This document shows, piece after piece, positions 46,250-56,996 of a DNA stretch of 62,634 bases. Made by a program: the position numbers and the translations under genes. This stretch comes from Methanobacteriota archaeon (GTDB lineage: Archaea; Thermoplasmatota; Poseidoniia; Poseidoniales; Poseidoniaceae), in the NCBI GenBank assembly GCA_018667575.1, contig JABIUA010000017.1, positions 1 through 62,634 on the forward strand. Reading direction: 5' to 3'. Numbering within the stretch: position 1 is the stretch's first letter; every line of letters begins with the position of its first letter. A model generated the notes under the pieces. It ran no database searches. It was given only the letters and a program-made list of their open reading frames with translations, and was not told where the DNA came from.

Positions 46250-47575
46250 TTACAATCTAATCCTTTTAGATTCAACAAGGCTCGATAACTGAGTTAATAC
46301 ATCAGATATATTCTCATTTACACATAGTAATTGTATTGAGTGAGGCGTTTGAGATAATACCGAAATATCATTTTTCAGAGTTATTATAGAATCTAACTTT
46401 ACCTTGAAACTTTCTAGTTTTAAATTTCCAATCAGAGATATCAAGGCCGGGAAGTCATCAACTCGAATTTGAGGGAATAGTGAAGTGATTATTTGCTCAG
46501 CAGCAGTGAAATCATTTTGTGAAATTACGATATCTATTTTACCGGGTAAATAATTTAGTGACCAGCATGTAATATTATTATTATTTAAGAGAATTAATAA
46601 CTCACCAAGAATTTTACTTGAATTAGTGATATTATCAGTTTTAATTTCGATTCTTGAAACACTTCGTAAGCATCCAATTGCTTTGATATTATTTTCTTGA
46701 ACTATATCAGGGCCGATAGTTGTGGGCGCATTTCCGCCTTCATTTGCATATAAATGACGTATTTCGATGGGTATTCCAAGTTCGTGAATCGGTTCCATAG
46801 TTGATGGATGTATGATTGGAGCATCCATTCGGGTTAACTCCTTGGCTTCCTCATAACCAAGATATGAAATCGCCTTTGTTTCTATTCCCCAGCGAGGATT
46901 TATCGCTAAAACACCTTCAATATCTTTCCAAAGAATAACCTTTTGAGCATCTAATAATCTCGCAATGGCAGTGGCAGAATGATCGCTACCTCCACGGCTA
47001 AGTAATGCAATCTCTCCATCTTTGCCTTCTCCAAACCAACCGGTAATCACCGGTATTCCATTTAGAGATTGGTAGTCTAGATTTTTACTTGAATACTCTA
47101 TGTCCACAGATTGTGCTTGGCCTATACCATCCAGGTGTAGACCTATATCTTCTGAGCCGACAGGGTGTGCATCAATACCAGATTCTCTCAAATGATAAGA
47201 TACAACCAATGCCGATAATCTCTCTCCAGCTGCTAATAGTGTGTTAGTGTGATAGTGTTGGTCAAGCTTTTTTGAGATTTCAGTAAGGGATTTTTCTATT
47301 CCTGATAGCACAGATTCAAACATAGCCCCAAATTCTGAAGTTTCAATATTTGGTGCAAATCTGATGTGTTGTCTTCTAAGGTCGTCTACTAGCCTAGTTG
47401 CATATTTCGGTTCGTTAGATGCACGCATTAAACGGTCAGTAGTTCCCCATAAGGCTGATACAACAATTACAGGGCGGCCGGAAAAAGTACGAATAATTTT
47501 GGAAATTTGTTCTAAATCCGCATTGTCTCTGAGGCATGAACCACCAAATTTGTGAACTATAGTAGAATTATTCAT
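46250..47575 (-). CDS. lysC: Aspartate kinase
   Basis: HKFGGS, VVSA, GERLSA, LSRGGSDHSA, IIHP. Confidence 0.9.
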   Translation of the reverse strand: MNNSTIVHKFGGSCLRDNADLEQISKIIRTFSGRPVIVVSALWGTTDRLMRASNEPKYATRLVDDLRRQHIRFAPNIETSEFGAMFESVLSGIEKSLTEISKKLDQHYHTNTLLAAGERLSALVVSYHLRESGIDAHPVGSEDIGLHLDGIGQAQSVDIEYSSKNLDYQSLNGIPVITGWFGEGKDGEIALLSRGGSDHSATAIARLLDAQKVILWKDIEGVLAINPRWGIETKAISYLGYEEAKELTRMDAPIIHPSTMEPIHELGIPIEIRHLYANEGGNAPTTIGPDIVQENNIKAIGCLRSVSRIEIKTDNITNSSKILGELLILLNNNNITCWSLNYLPGKIDIVISQNDFTAAEQIITSLFPQIRVDDFPALISLIGNLKLESFKVKLDSIITLKNDISVLSQTPHSIQLLCVNENISDVLTQLSSLVESKRIRL

Positions 47576-48668
47576 TAAAAAACCCCCCTCTAATTATTAA
47601 ATCACAAACTACCAATTTAGCCATAGCTTCAACCACAGAAACCGCTCTAGGCCCTAAAACAGGGTCATGTCGTCCACGAACTGCCAAAATTTCTTTCTTG
47701 TTCGTTTTGAGATTCAATGTTAATTGTTCTTTAGCAATGCTAGAAGGCGGCTTAAATGCTACAGAGCAAAGCAAATCAGAACCAGTCGCCAGTCCTGCTA
47801 AAGCCCCATCTGGATTTTCTCCCTCTAATATTGGTTTCTCATTAGTTCCGCCCCACGCACTATTATGCTCGCTACCACTCATTTTTACGACTTCAAAACC
47901 ATGTCCGAATGAGACTCCTCTAGCCGCAGGTATCGCCATCATGGCTCTAGAAAGGGCAGGTTCTACCCCATCAAACCATGGTTCTCCTAGCCCTAAAGGT
48001 AGTCCAGAGATACAAAGTTCAACTTTACTACCTATAGAATCAAGACTCTTTCTCTGGCTTTGAATAAGTTCAATCATAGATTCTGCGACATCAGGATCTT
48101 GACATCTTATCTCTTGACAACTCTCAGATGCCCATTTTTCAGGACATTGATTAATTGGTCTTGCTTCTACGCCGCCAATTGCACTGACGTGTGCCTCCAT
48201 TTTTATTCCTAATTTAGATAATATAGGCTCGATTATTGCAGCAGCAGCAACTATCGGTGCAGTGAGTCTAGCACTGGAAGTTCCACCACCTCTAAGGTCA
48301 GCCTCTCCATTTGTCCTCTTCAGCATGACCATGTCTTGGTGCCCTGGACGCGGATGGTCAGGAATGAATGAGTAATCAGAAGAGCGAGCATCTTTATTCT
48401 TTATAGAAATCTCAATTTTTTCTCCATTGGTAGTTTCTTGGGAAATTCCAGTTCGTAATTCTACATTATCAGATTCCTTACGCTTACTGGCGAATTTTCC
48501 TCCAGGCTTCCTTTTATCCATCGCCTTTTGGATTTCATCTCTATCTATTTTGATACCTTTTGGGACGCCTTCAAGATATGCGCCTACCAAAGGTCCATGA
48601 CTAGTTCCAAACAGAGTCAATTGTAGGTGTTCCCCCAATGTCATCTGCATGTGTATCATACTACCCAA
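47568..48668 (-). CDS. aroC: Chorismate synthase
   Basis: FGTSHG, PRPGHQD, RGGGTSSARLT, FKPPSSI, GRHDP. Likely start 48650. Confidence 0.95.
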   Translation of the reverse strand: MGSMIHMQMTLGEHLQLTLFGTSHGPLVGAYLEGVPKGIKIDRDEIQKAMDKRKPGGKFASKRKESDNVELRTGISQETTNGEKIEISIKNKDARSSDYSFIPDHPRPGHQDMVMLKRTNGEADLRGGGTSSARLTAPIVAAAAIIEPILSKLGIKMEAHVSAIGGVEARPINQCPEKWASESCQEIRCQDPDVAESMIELIQSQRKSLDSIGSKVELCISGLPLGLGEPWFDGVEPALSRAMMAIPAARGVSFGHGFEVVKMSGSEHNSAWGGTNEKPILEGENPDGALAGLATGSDLLCSVAFKPPSSIAKEQLTLNLKTNKKEILAVRGRHDPVLGPRAVSVVEAMAKLVVCDLIIRGGFFNE

Positions 48669-48696
48669 GCGCTATTCATTGATGAAGTTGTGCAAA

Positions 48697-49605
48697 TCAG
48701 TCAGAGTCTGCATCTTCGCCTTCTGAATTGAGGAATTTTGTTTCAATAATTGTTGTATTTTTGCCTTTTCCACTAAGTATTTGTTTCATTCTGTTGACCG
48801 TCTGCGGAGTAATAGACGGAGATAATATCACAACTGCAGGGCCTGAACCACTAATTCCAGAGGCTCTTGCTCCATTTACGAATGCATCATTGGATATTCT
48901 TCTACCATCATAATCGTTTAGAACGCCGCTCATTGCACGACCATTCCAAGTTATTGCATTTAGGAGATCTCCTTCTTGTATTGCGCTTAATGCTTGTTGA
49001 AAGTCATTGAAATATGGCTGGAAATCTTCTAATTTTGGATATTCGGTACGTTTCTCTCTAGAAACTATAAGGACAAACCAATCATCACTTTCCGGACCTC
49101 TTCCTTCCATAATAACTCCTGCTTCTATAGATTCTGCGTTAACATCAATCAATTTCCATCCTTCTGTAGCACATGCCCAAGCATCATCTATTGAGCCGGT
49201 GAGAGATACTCCTGCATCAAATTGCGATAGAGCAGATAACTCGACCAATCTGTGTATTGGCAATTCATTATCAGTGGCATCACATAAACTTCGTAATGCC
49301 GCTATTGAAACTGCTGCACTTGATTTCAAACCTTGCTTAGGAGGGATTTTTGATGCGACTGCCCAGAATACTTGTTCAGGCTCCAAATCATTTGGTAGAG
49401 CATATCCATTTTCAATCCAGATTTTAACCACTGAATCAAGCAGTCCATCGGGGTCGTCTAAATCTCTTTTACTAGGCCTGTCCAATAATCGAACAGCTAC
49501 CGGTAAGTCAAGAGCAATGCTTGAACCGTAGCCGGTTCCCGCTGCATGAAGCAAACTACATGCGCCGTGAGATTGTCCACTGCCAAGTATTGCCAAGTAA
49601 ATCAC
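48697..49605 (-). CDS. aroK: Archaeal shikimate kinase (GHMP family)
   Basis: IPPKQGLKSSAA, GVSLTGSIDDA, GISGSGPA; aro cluster context. Confidence 0.88.
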   Translation of the reverse strand: MIYLAILGSGQSHGACSLLHAAGTGYGSSIALDLPVAVRLLDRPSKRDLDDPDGLLDSVVKIWIENGYALPNDLEPEQVFWAVASKIPPKQGLKSSAAVSIAALRSLCDATDNELPIHRLVELSALSQFDAGVSLTGSIDDAWACATEGWKLIDVNAESIEAGVIMEGRGPESDDWFVLIVSREKRTEYPKLEDFQPYFNDFQQALSAIQEGDLLNAITWNGRAMSGVLNDYDGRRISNDAFVNGARASGISGSGPAVVILSPSITPQTVNRMKQILSGKGKNTTIIETKFLNSEGEDADSD

Positions 49606-50627
49606 CTTTCTTCGACCTTGCTACTAATCGATTCTCCGATATGTCTAGAACCTTCTCCAGACCAGCCAAGAATAATATCTCCAACCTTAATCGAGGTTAC
49701 AGAAATTAGTTCCCCAGAGGAATTTATCAATCGCACAGTCTCCGCCTGTTGTAGGAATATGGAAGACGGCTTATCAAAAAGATTATGCCAATAAAAGGTC
49801 AAAAAGGGTCTTTTTTCTATTTTCAAACGGCCAATTGTTGCAGTTCTTGTCTCTCCTTGGAGGTTAGAAATGAGTACCGAATCATTAGATTTTAATTCTG
49901 AAATATATTTCGTAGATCTATCTGCCATCATTACGTAAGAGTGTGGAGGCCCAGCATTTACTCTAAATGGTCGCTGTGGGACAAATTCTGAATCTAATGT
50001 TTCCCCATGAACAAGTGCTAGACTGGATGCAGAAGAACCAATTAACATACCTTCGCCAACTGAAAGAAGTGAAGTCAAATCAATACAGTATCTCTCTCCA
50101 ACGCCTCCTTGTTCGATCGATTTGATTTCATGCTTGGTAATATCGAGTATTCCAGATTCCGTACTTTCTACAACTTCTCCAACGACTCTTTCGCCTCTTT
50201 GCGACTTTACTATGAAGGCAGCCTCAATCAAATCGGGGTCATCTCCTACAATCAATGCATCGACGCCAGTTTCTAGCGCAAAACCTGCTCCTTGTGCTTC
50301 TTCAGGATTTCTTATTTTGGCAGCAATTTTTGTTGGAGTATCTTGTGATGCTGCAACAAGATTCTCGATCGGTATCATCGACCAATCATCAAATTCTAAA
50401 ATTACCCAAGCAACACTACCAACGAATTGTTTGGCATTACTTTGCGAATTGGAATCAGAGATTCGAACCTTTTTACCGATTAGTTTTTGGTCTAAATATA
50501 GCGCTTCATCAGACATAGTAAGTGTCTTTTGATTCTCAATTATCTCAGTAGCGATTACTTTGTCAAAACTGTGATCATGGAATAAACCACTATTTTGTGA
50601 ATGGCGGTAGTCGAGCCATACTTCCAT
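49602..50627 (-). CDS. aroB': 3-dehydroquinate synthase II
   Basis: WSMIPIENLVA, LETGVD, RYCID, GEGMLIGS, RPFRVNAG, LQQAET. Confidence 0.92.
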   Translation of the reverse strand: MEVWLDYRHSQNSGLFHDHSFDKVIATEIIENQKTLTMSDEALYLDQKLIGKKVRISDSNSQSNAKQFVGSVAWVILEFDDWSMIPIENLVAASQDTPTKIAAKIRNPEEAQGAGFALETGVDALIVGDDPDLIEAAFIVKSQRGERVVGEVVESTESGILDITKHEIKSIEQGGVGERYCIDLTSLLSVGEGMLIGSSASSLALVHGETLDSEFVPQRPFRVNAGPPHSYVMMADRSTKYISELKSNDSVLISNLQGETRTATIGRLKIEKRPFLTFYWHNLFDKPSSIFLQQAETVRLINSSGELISVTSIKVGDIILGWSGEGSRHIGESISSKVEER

Positions 50628-50636
50628 ATAAGCACC

Positions 50637-51434
50637 TCACAAAGAACATTGGTTCATCGCTTCATCAACAGAAGCATCTTGGTGTACAAGCATGACAATT
50701 GCCTTGGCAATTGACTCTACATTTGGGTGTCCAAAGACTTGTCTTCCCATACATACTCCAGATGCCCCGGAATCTAGAGCATCACGAATCATGGAAAGGA
50801 TGGCTCGCGTATCACCAGTTGATGGTCCTCCAGCAACAAGAATTGGTATTGGTACAGCGTTTGCTATCTCAGAAAAACTCTCTTTGTCACCAGTCCAAAC
50901 AGTCTTAGCAGCGTCACAGCCCAATTCAAATGCAAGTCTAACGGCATGTGCATTTCCTTTAGTGATATCATTTTCCAAAATGTTCAAGTTTGGCCCTCTA
51001 GCATAAACCATACCAAACATGGGTAGCCCATCTATGAGTGCCTGGCGACTTATTTCACCCATTCTTTCCATCATTTCAGGCTCTCTTTCACTTCCCATAT
51101 TGACTTGACATGAGACGCCAATTCCACCTCTTTCTCTAACTTCGTCAACTCCACCAACTAGCACCTTGTTAGAGGATTCTAAGCCTCCGTGCCGAGTGGA
51201 TGCTGATAGGTGAATTACCATACTAGTATTTGTGTTTTCACACAACTTATTGTAGTGTCCAACAACACCTTTGTGCGCTATAATTGCATCGACTCCTGCA
51301 GAGATAAGTGATTTAATAGTATCTTCAGTATTTGTTAAACCTTCAACAGGATAGTCTGAAACTCCGTGGTCAATTGGTATCCAAACACCGCGACCACCAG
51401 GAAGTAACTTAGACAACAGTTCGTCTTTGCCCAT
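50637..51434 (-). CDS. aroA': 2-amino-3,7-dideoxy-D-threo-hept-6-ulosonate synthase (class I aldolase)
   Basis: PIDHG, HLSAST, MVYARG, ELGCDAAKT, VAGG, MGRQVF; adjacent to aroB'. Confidence 0.88.
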   Translation of the reverse strand: MGKDELLSKLLPGGRGVWIPIDHGVSDYPVEGLTNTEDTIKSLISAGVDAIIAHKGVVGHYNKLCENTNTSMVIHLSASTRHGGLESSNKVLVGGVDEVRERGGIGVSCQVNMGSEREPEMMERMGEISRQALIDGLPMFGMVYARGPNLNILENDITKGNAHAVRLAFELGCDAAKTVWTGDKESFSEIANAVPIPILVAGGPSTGDTRAILSMIRDALDSGASGVCMGRQVFGHPNVESIAKAIVMLVHQDASVDEAMNQCSL

Positions 51435-51593
51435 GCTAATGCGAAAAGTTCCTCCCTCTCAATCCTTTGCTTTGTGTAATAGGATAAATCTCATGGATTG
51501 ATATTAAATTATCATGTAAAGTAATCCATTTCCTGCCTTAAAATATATACTTTTGACCGATGCTTCAATAGACAAGTTCGATATGGGGTCAAC

Positions 51594-53360
51594 ATGGATA
51601 CGGCTGCTTTGGGTGTAATGGCTCTCATGGGTGGCGGATTTTTACTCGGTATGTGGTATATTTTAGTCAGAAAAGACGCCAAATTGAATATGCGTCCAGG
51701 AATGACTGCTGAAGGTCTTAGGCAAGGCAGTGGGGCTCCAAGTTTTGGTCAAACTAAGCAAGAGATCGATAGAAAATTAGCATTGGTTGAAAATCGAAGG
51801 CGCCGTCAGCAAATCATAGATTCTCGTTTAGCAGTTCAAGAGGCAGAACTCATAGCTGCCCAACAGTCAAGATTACTTGAAGAAGAAGCGGAAAGGGAAA
51901 GACTTCGACGTGAAGAACAACGAAGACTTGCTGAAGAAGCAGAAAACCGCAGACGTGAGGAAGAATCCCGCCAGCGCGATGAAGCAGAGGAGTCCGAGCG
52001 TATGCGAGTTGAAGAAGATGCGAGACTCACAAGAGTAAGAGCAGAAGAAGAATCTCGATTGGAGGCGGAAAGAGAAGAACTTCGCCAACTTGAAATGGCA
52101 GCGACTGAAGAACAAAGGTTGGCTGAATTAGAAGCCGCTAGGCTGCAAGAAGAGATGGAATCAAGAGCTGCAGCCGAGGCTGCCATGTCAGAATTACAGG
52201 CAAGACTTTCAAGAGAAGGTGCAAAGAGTGGAGATGTCCAAATTTCTCTTATGTGGGAGAATTATAATGATTTAGACCTCCACGTTGTCTGCCCTTCAGG
52301 GGAAAGAGTTCACGGTGGAAACAAAATTTCAGAATGTGGAGGTGAACTTGACGTTGATGCCAATGTTAGGGCAGAGACCAAGAAGCCTGTTGAGAATGTA
52401 GTATGGGAAGGCACTACTGCATCGCCAGGTACCTACCAAGTTTATGTCCATCATTACAAGAAGCACAGAAAGCGAAGAACTCGTGACCCAACTAAATTCC
52501 AAATTATAATCAATAATGTTGGCGACTTTAGGGAATTTCATGGTGAGTTAACTCACGGCGATCCAATCAAACTGGTCTGTCAATTTGATGTGCCTGAGCG
52601 TGATGGACAAGAAGATTATGCCAAGAGGCAGATGGAACTTAAGATGCGCCAAGAAGCCGAAGAATCTGAAAGATTAGAAAATGAGCGTGCTGAAGAAGAG
52701 CGACAAAGACAATCTGAAATGGCTGCAGTCGAGGAACAAAGACTTGCAGAGGTTGAACTGGCTAGGCAGCAAGAGGAAATGGAATCAAGACAAGCAGCAG
52801 AGAATGCCATGTCTGAATTGCAACAGAGGCTGGACAGAGAAGGCGCACGTTCAGGTGACGTTCAAGTTTCATTGATGTGGAATAACTACAATGATTTAGA
52901 TTTACATGTAGTATGTCCTTCAGGAGAGAGAATCCACGGTGGAAATAAAATCTCTGAATGTGGCGGTGAATTAGATGTTGACGCAAATGTTAGGCCAGAT
53001 ACTAAGAAACCAGTAGAAAATGTCGTATGGGATGATGATACTGCTAAACCTGGTATGTACCAAGTTTACGTTCATCATTACAAGAAGCATAACAAGAGAC
53101 GTTCAAAGGACCCGACAAAATTCCAAGTAATTGTAAACAATATTGGTGATTTGCTAGAATTCAATGGATCTCTAACTCACGGCGATCCAATCAAATTAGT
53201 TGCTCAATTTGAAGTACCTTCTGCTGAGGAAAGAAGAGTAAGGCTTGAGTCCATTAGAGCCCAATTAGATCAGATATCTAAGGGTGGTTCTGAAGACTCT
53301 GAGGAAGAGTTAGAAGAAGTAGAAGTTCGATTAGAAGAAGATGGCGAACTTGGAAATTGA
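51594..53360 (+). CDS. Membrane-anchored coiled-coil protein with two YfaP/DUF2135-like domains
   Basis: N-terminal TM, E/R-rich coiled coil, and two copies of GDVQxSLMWxNYNDLDLHVVCPSGER...GGELDVDAN...VENVVW. Confidence 0.8.
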   Translation: MDTAALGVMALMGGGFLLGMWYILVRKDAKLNMRPGMTAEGLRQGSGAPSFGQTKQEIDRKLALVENRRRRQQIIDSRLAVQEAELIAAQQSRLLEEEAERERLRREEQRRLAEEAENRRREEESRQRDEAEESERMRVEEDARLTRVRAEEESRLEAEREELRQLEMAATEEQRLAELEAARLQEEMESRAAAEAAMSELQARLSREGAKSGDVQISLMWENYNDLDLHVVCPSGERVHGGNKISECGGELDVDANVRAETKKPVENVVWEGTTASPGTYQVYVHHYKKHRKRRTRDPTKFQIIINNVGDFREFHGELTHGDPIKLVCQFDVPERDGQEDYAKRQMELKMRQEAEESERLENERAEEERQRQSEMAAVEEQRLAEVELARQQEEMESRQAAENAMSELQQRLDREGARSGDVQVSLMWNNYNDLDLHVVCPSGERIHGGNKISECGGELDVDANVRPDTKKPVENVVWDDDTAKPGMYQVYVHHYKKHNKRRSKDPTKFQVIVNNIGDLLEFNGSLTHGDPIKLVAQFEVPSAEERRVRLESIRAQLDQISKGGSEDSEEELEEVEVRLEEDGELGN

Positions 53361-54473
53361 TTAAGATAAGATTTCCAATAGTCTATCATTCTCACTAGCC
53401 TTCTTAATTGATCTAGCGATTCTTCTTCCAGTAGACATTCTTTCTTCATTAATATCGGAGTAAGGTGAGCCACCGACAAACGGATTTGAACCAGCAACAA
53501 TCCTAGCACTTATCTCGAATACCTTGAACTCTAACTTGTCAGTAACAATAGTTTCTAGACAGAAAGGTCCAATCATCCCTCGACTCCCTTCTTCTAATTC
53601 GAATGAAGCCGCAATAGTTCCCTCTGCCATTTCAAAGGCACGTGGTAGTAATGATTCTCTAATCACAACTGGTTGGTTTCCAGTTACTACAAATGAAGGC
53701 TCAAGGTTCATTTCTCTCAAGTCTCTTAGGGAGCCAAGTTTGTAAAATTCATCAACATTAGACTCATCTCGTCTGTCCATTGAAAGCAATTCTAAGCGTC
53801 CAAGATTTTTTCCAGCGTTAGAATTCTTTCCTTGAACCTGGAAACCATCATCCGCAGTCGGGTCAAAGAAGAAATGTAGATAATATCTGCACCCAAGAAC
53901 ATACTCTTGGATAGTGAATTCTTCTTCTATGTCCACGTTTCTTCTGAAATCCCGATAATCTCTAGCGATAAAGTAGCCTCTACCACCCTTTGCACCGGCA
54001 TATTTGACGATGACAGGCCCGTCGATTTCATGTGGGTCTTCCAATACCTTGGGCATATTACAACCACCATCTTCAAGCCACAACCTTTGACGATGTCTAC
54101 TACTTTCCCAATGAAGAATACCTCTATTTCCAAATGTAGGGACTTGGAGATTTTTATAATTAGTCGCTCCTAGGTATTCTACCAAAGAGCCGTGTGGAAT
54201 TATTATTACGTTTCTCTCTCGAAACCATTCAGCATAGTCCAACATTTCTCTATAATTTTCTAACATTAACCATTCATCTGGTTCTGCTCCAGGGAATGCT
54301 TTGTAGAATCTTCTTCGATTTTCTCCAACCGCAATTCCTAACGTGCGAAAACCCTCTTTTTTAGCACCATGAAGGATTTGTAGTGATGAATGTGAAGCGA
54401 CCACTCCGATAGTGAGTTTATCTTTGTCGTAGCCAGCAAGCCAACTTGCTAGTAAGTCAGTATCTACGCCCAT
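53361..54473 (-). CDS. purP: Formate-phosphoribosylaminoimidazolecarboxamide ligase (ATP-grasp)
   Basis: SHSSLQILHGAKKEGF, PHGSLVEY, GAKGGRGYF, RESLL, GPFCLET, FEISARIVAG. Confidence 0.92.
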   Translation of the reverse strand: MGVDTDLLASWLAGYDKDKLTIGVVASHSSLQILHGAKKEGFRTLGIAVGENRRRFYKAFPGAEPDEWLMLENYREMLDYAEWFRERNVIIIPHGSLVEYLGATNYKNLQVPTFGNRGILHWESSRHRQRLWLEDGGCNMPKVLEDPHEIDGPVIVKYAGAKGGRGYFIARDYRDFRRNVDIEEEFTIQEYVLGCRYYLHFFFDPTADDGFQVQGKNSNAGKNLGRLELLSMDRRDESNVDEFYKLGSLRDLREMNLEPSFVVTGNQPVVIRESLLPRAFEMAEGTIAASFELEEGSRGMIGPFCLETIVTDKLEFKVFEISARIVAGSNPFVGGSPYSDINEERMSTGRRIARSIKKASENDRLLEILS

Positions 54474-54608
54474 GTCAACGGGTTTTGTATTACCTCTATG
54501 AGCATTATGTAATTTTTATTGATTTTTCAATAATTTTAGCGGTAAATTTTTCAGTGGAGAAAGACATGTTCACTGAAGAGTTCAAGTCTTAGGAGCCGAT
54601 GCCGTGTC

Positions 54609-55700
54609 ATGGCTGAAGTACCGTCTGGGCAGAGGATGACTTATGGAGGATATCTACGACTCGAAGAATTACTACAATTGCAGGAAGGTCCAGAGGGATA
54701 TCTTCCTCAACCTTGCAATGATGAGAAGCACTTCATAATCGTTCACCAAGCATTTGAATTATGGTTTAAACTAATTATATCAGAATTGAAATGTGCTCAT
54801 GCCATCCTTAATTCCGATAAAGTGGAAGAAAAAGTAATGCCAAAACTTGTTCATCATCTTGAGCGTGTCACTTCAATTTTCAGTTTGATGTCTCAGCAAT
54901 GGAAGGTGATGGAGACCTTGGCGCCTCAAGAGTTTTTAGCATTTAGAGACAGATTAGGTACTTCATCAGGATTTGAGTCATGGCAAATGAGGGAACTGGA
55001 AGTACTACTCGGACTAGAACATGAAACTCACGGAGGTATGAATCCACTAACTCATATGAGAAAATTAGCCGAAGAAGGTAAAGTTTCGAAAAGCGTTCTT
55101 GAAAACTTCGAGAATGTTTCTAGTCAACCATCCATCAGAGAGTCATTGGAAGATTGGCTTTCTAGGACTCCAATCAATGGCTCATTGAGTGGCGATGACA
55201 ATGATTCGGAAGTTGTATCCAAATTTATCGATAGTCACATTTCTGCTATGAAAAAACATTCTGAGCACGTGATATCTCACATTGTTAAAATTGGTCATGG
55301 TGTTGAATCTCAAGTCAGGCCAAGGATGGAAGCTTCAATTACTCAAGCAGAAAGTTTCCTTAGGCCAGAAGGAGTTGTAAATCGATCTAGAGCCGGCCTA
55401 TTATTTATCGAATCATACAGAGAGTTACCTTTACTGTCATGGCCTAGAATTTTAATTGATTCTTTTGTAGAACTTGAACAATCCATGCTATTATTCAGAA
55501 ATTCCCATGCGAGAATGGTTGAACGAATGATAGGACGAAGGATGGGAACTGGTGGTTCAAGCGGTGTTGACTATCTTGATGCAACATTGAAGTACAGAAT
55601 TTTCGTAGATTTGTGGGCTGTACGTACAATACTAATCAAAAGAGATAATCTTAAAGATTTATCAAATCCAGAATATTATGGATTTAATTCAAATAACTGA
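54609..55700 (+). CDS. kynA: Tryptophan 2,3-dioxygenase
   Basis: YLRLEELL, FIIVHQAFELWFK, SSGFESWQMRELE, HARMVERMIG..MGTGGSSG..YL. Confidence 0.93.
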   Translation: MAEVPSGQRMTYGGYLRLEELLQLQEGPEGYLPQPCNDEKHFIIVHQAFELWFKLIISELKCAHAILNSDKVEEKVMPKLVHHLERVTSIFSLMSQQWKVMETLAPQEFLAFRDRLGTSSGFESWQMRELEVLLGLEHETHGGMNPLTHMRKLAEEGKVSKSVLENFENVSSQPSIRESLEDWLSRTPINGSLSGDDNDSEVVSKFIDSHISAMKKHSEHVISHIVKIGHGVESQVRPRMEASITQAESFLRPEGVVNRSRAGLLFIESYRELPLLSWPRILIDSFVELEQSMLLFRNSHARMVERMIGRRMGTGGSSGVDYLDATLKYRIFVDLWAVRTILIKRDNLKDLSNPEYYGFNSNN

Positions 55701-55701
55701 A

Positions 55702-55956
55702 TTAGTTTTCGTGAGGGTCGATATCGATTGGTATCAACTCATGCTCGTATTCGAATAGAGCAATTTTCAAAGGATCTAGTACGTATCTAACAGAAGCCTC
55801 CTCAAATCCATATAATGAAATTAATTCTTCCTTGAATGCGTTACGAAGGTCATCTTCACCAGCATATAGTGGTGCTCCCATTCCAATTTGTAAGGCTCTA
55901 GCCCCAATTATTCTAGCACGTTCGAAGCGGGTATGTAGTCTAGCTGGTTTAACCAT
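55702..55956 (-). CDS. rpoK: DNA-directed RNA polymerase subunit K (Rpo6)
   Basis: [21 protein letters not shown]...DPLKIA..E. Confidence 0.93.
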   Translation of the reverse strand: MVKPARLHTRFERARIIGARALQIGMGAPLYAGEDDLRNAFKEELISLYGFEEASVRYVLDPLKIALFEYEHELIPIDIDPHEN

Positions 55957-56036
55957 AATTTGACACCTGCGAGTGTGAGTCGCATGTAAGCGTGATATCA
56001 ACTGTTTTTGAACCTACCCCATGTCAAAGAGTTAGT

Positions 56037-56996
56037 TTACTCTTGTTCATCAGGTGGATTTTCATCCTCAAATTTTCTCAAACCTTGGAACATAATCAAT
56101 CCCGGAAGAAGTATTGTGAACATGATTAATCCAGTGACTATGGCCAATATTTTTGGATTTAAGGTTGCATCTTTTTCAGTATCATTTTGCTTGTAATCCT
56201 CTTGATTAAAATTAAAATTACCAGTAGGCTGAGTGGATGCTGATGTTAATTCAGCCGAGCCGATGTCCTCAAGCATGAATACTAATCTACCGTCCCAGTC
56301 TTCAATCCATTCAGAAATATTTGCAGACTTATTTCCAGAATGGAATGATAGTAGCGAAGTGGCTAAATTGGGGTGGGAATAATTCTCAAATTCATGCATA
56401 GTATCCTTTAGCATCCAAATGTTGAGATTATATCCCTCGCTTGCATTCCAGAATAGTGTTCCATTTTGATAATTGATATCTGAAATTCCGCTATATGTTC
56501 TATTTTGCTGTTGTAATACTTGACTGATCTCTAATGCTTGACTAGAGCCTGTAAGCAATGATTCCCCGTTTATCACAAGAGATGGAATAAATAGTAGCCT
56601 ATACTGATTTTCAAATTTCATTTTTGATTGACTAAAGAATGTGTTATCGCTTGTAGATGGGTGATGTTGTATTATCACAGACCGGTTTGAGTCAATATTG
56701 CTAATTTCTTGTTCGACTTCCATACAAGGTTCGCACCAATCTGCCCCGAAATACTCGACCAAGTTATCCGGTCTCCATGAGTTACATGATTCTTCATCCT
56801 GGCATGTCGAATCCAGTACATGAACATCTAGCAGAACAGCGGTTTCTTGGGCTTCAACTTGTTCTGCAACAGAGTTATTTGGAAGTAATGCGATAATTAG
56901 AAACAGAGTAAGTACTTTTGTAGATAATTTAGTTCTTGTAAATGTAAATCTGTTCGGGCATGTGTTGAAAAGGGGCGTACCCTTCCGTCTGCCCAT
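56037..56996 (-). CDS. Secreted, membrane-anchored thioredoxin-like (CxxC) protein
   Basis: VEYFGADWCEPC, IPSLVING; signal peptide and C-terminal TM. Start codon uncertain. Confidence 0.7.
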   Translation of the reverse strand: MGRRKGTPLFNTCPNRFTFTRTKLSTKVLTLFLIIALLPNNSVAEQVEAQETAVLLDVHVLDSTCQDEESCNSWRPDNLVEYFGADWCEPCMEVEQEISNIDSNRSVIIQHHPSTSDNTFFSQSKMKFENQYRLLFIPSLVINGESLLTGSSQALEISQVLQQQNRTYSGISDINYQNGTLFWNASEGYNLNIWMLKDTMHEFENYSHPNLATSLLSFHSGNKSANISEWIEDWDGRLVFMLEDIGSAELTSASTQPTGNFNFNQEDYKQNDTEKDATLNPKILAIVTGLIMFTILLPGLIMFQGLRKFEDENPPDEQE

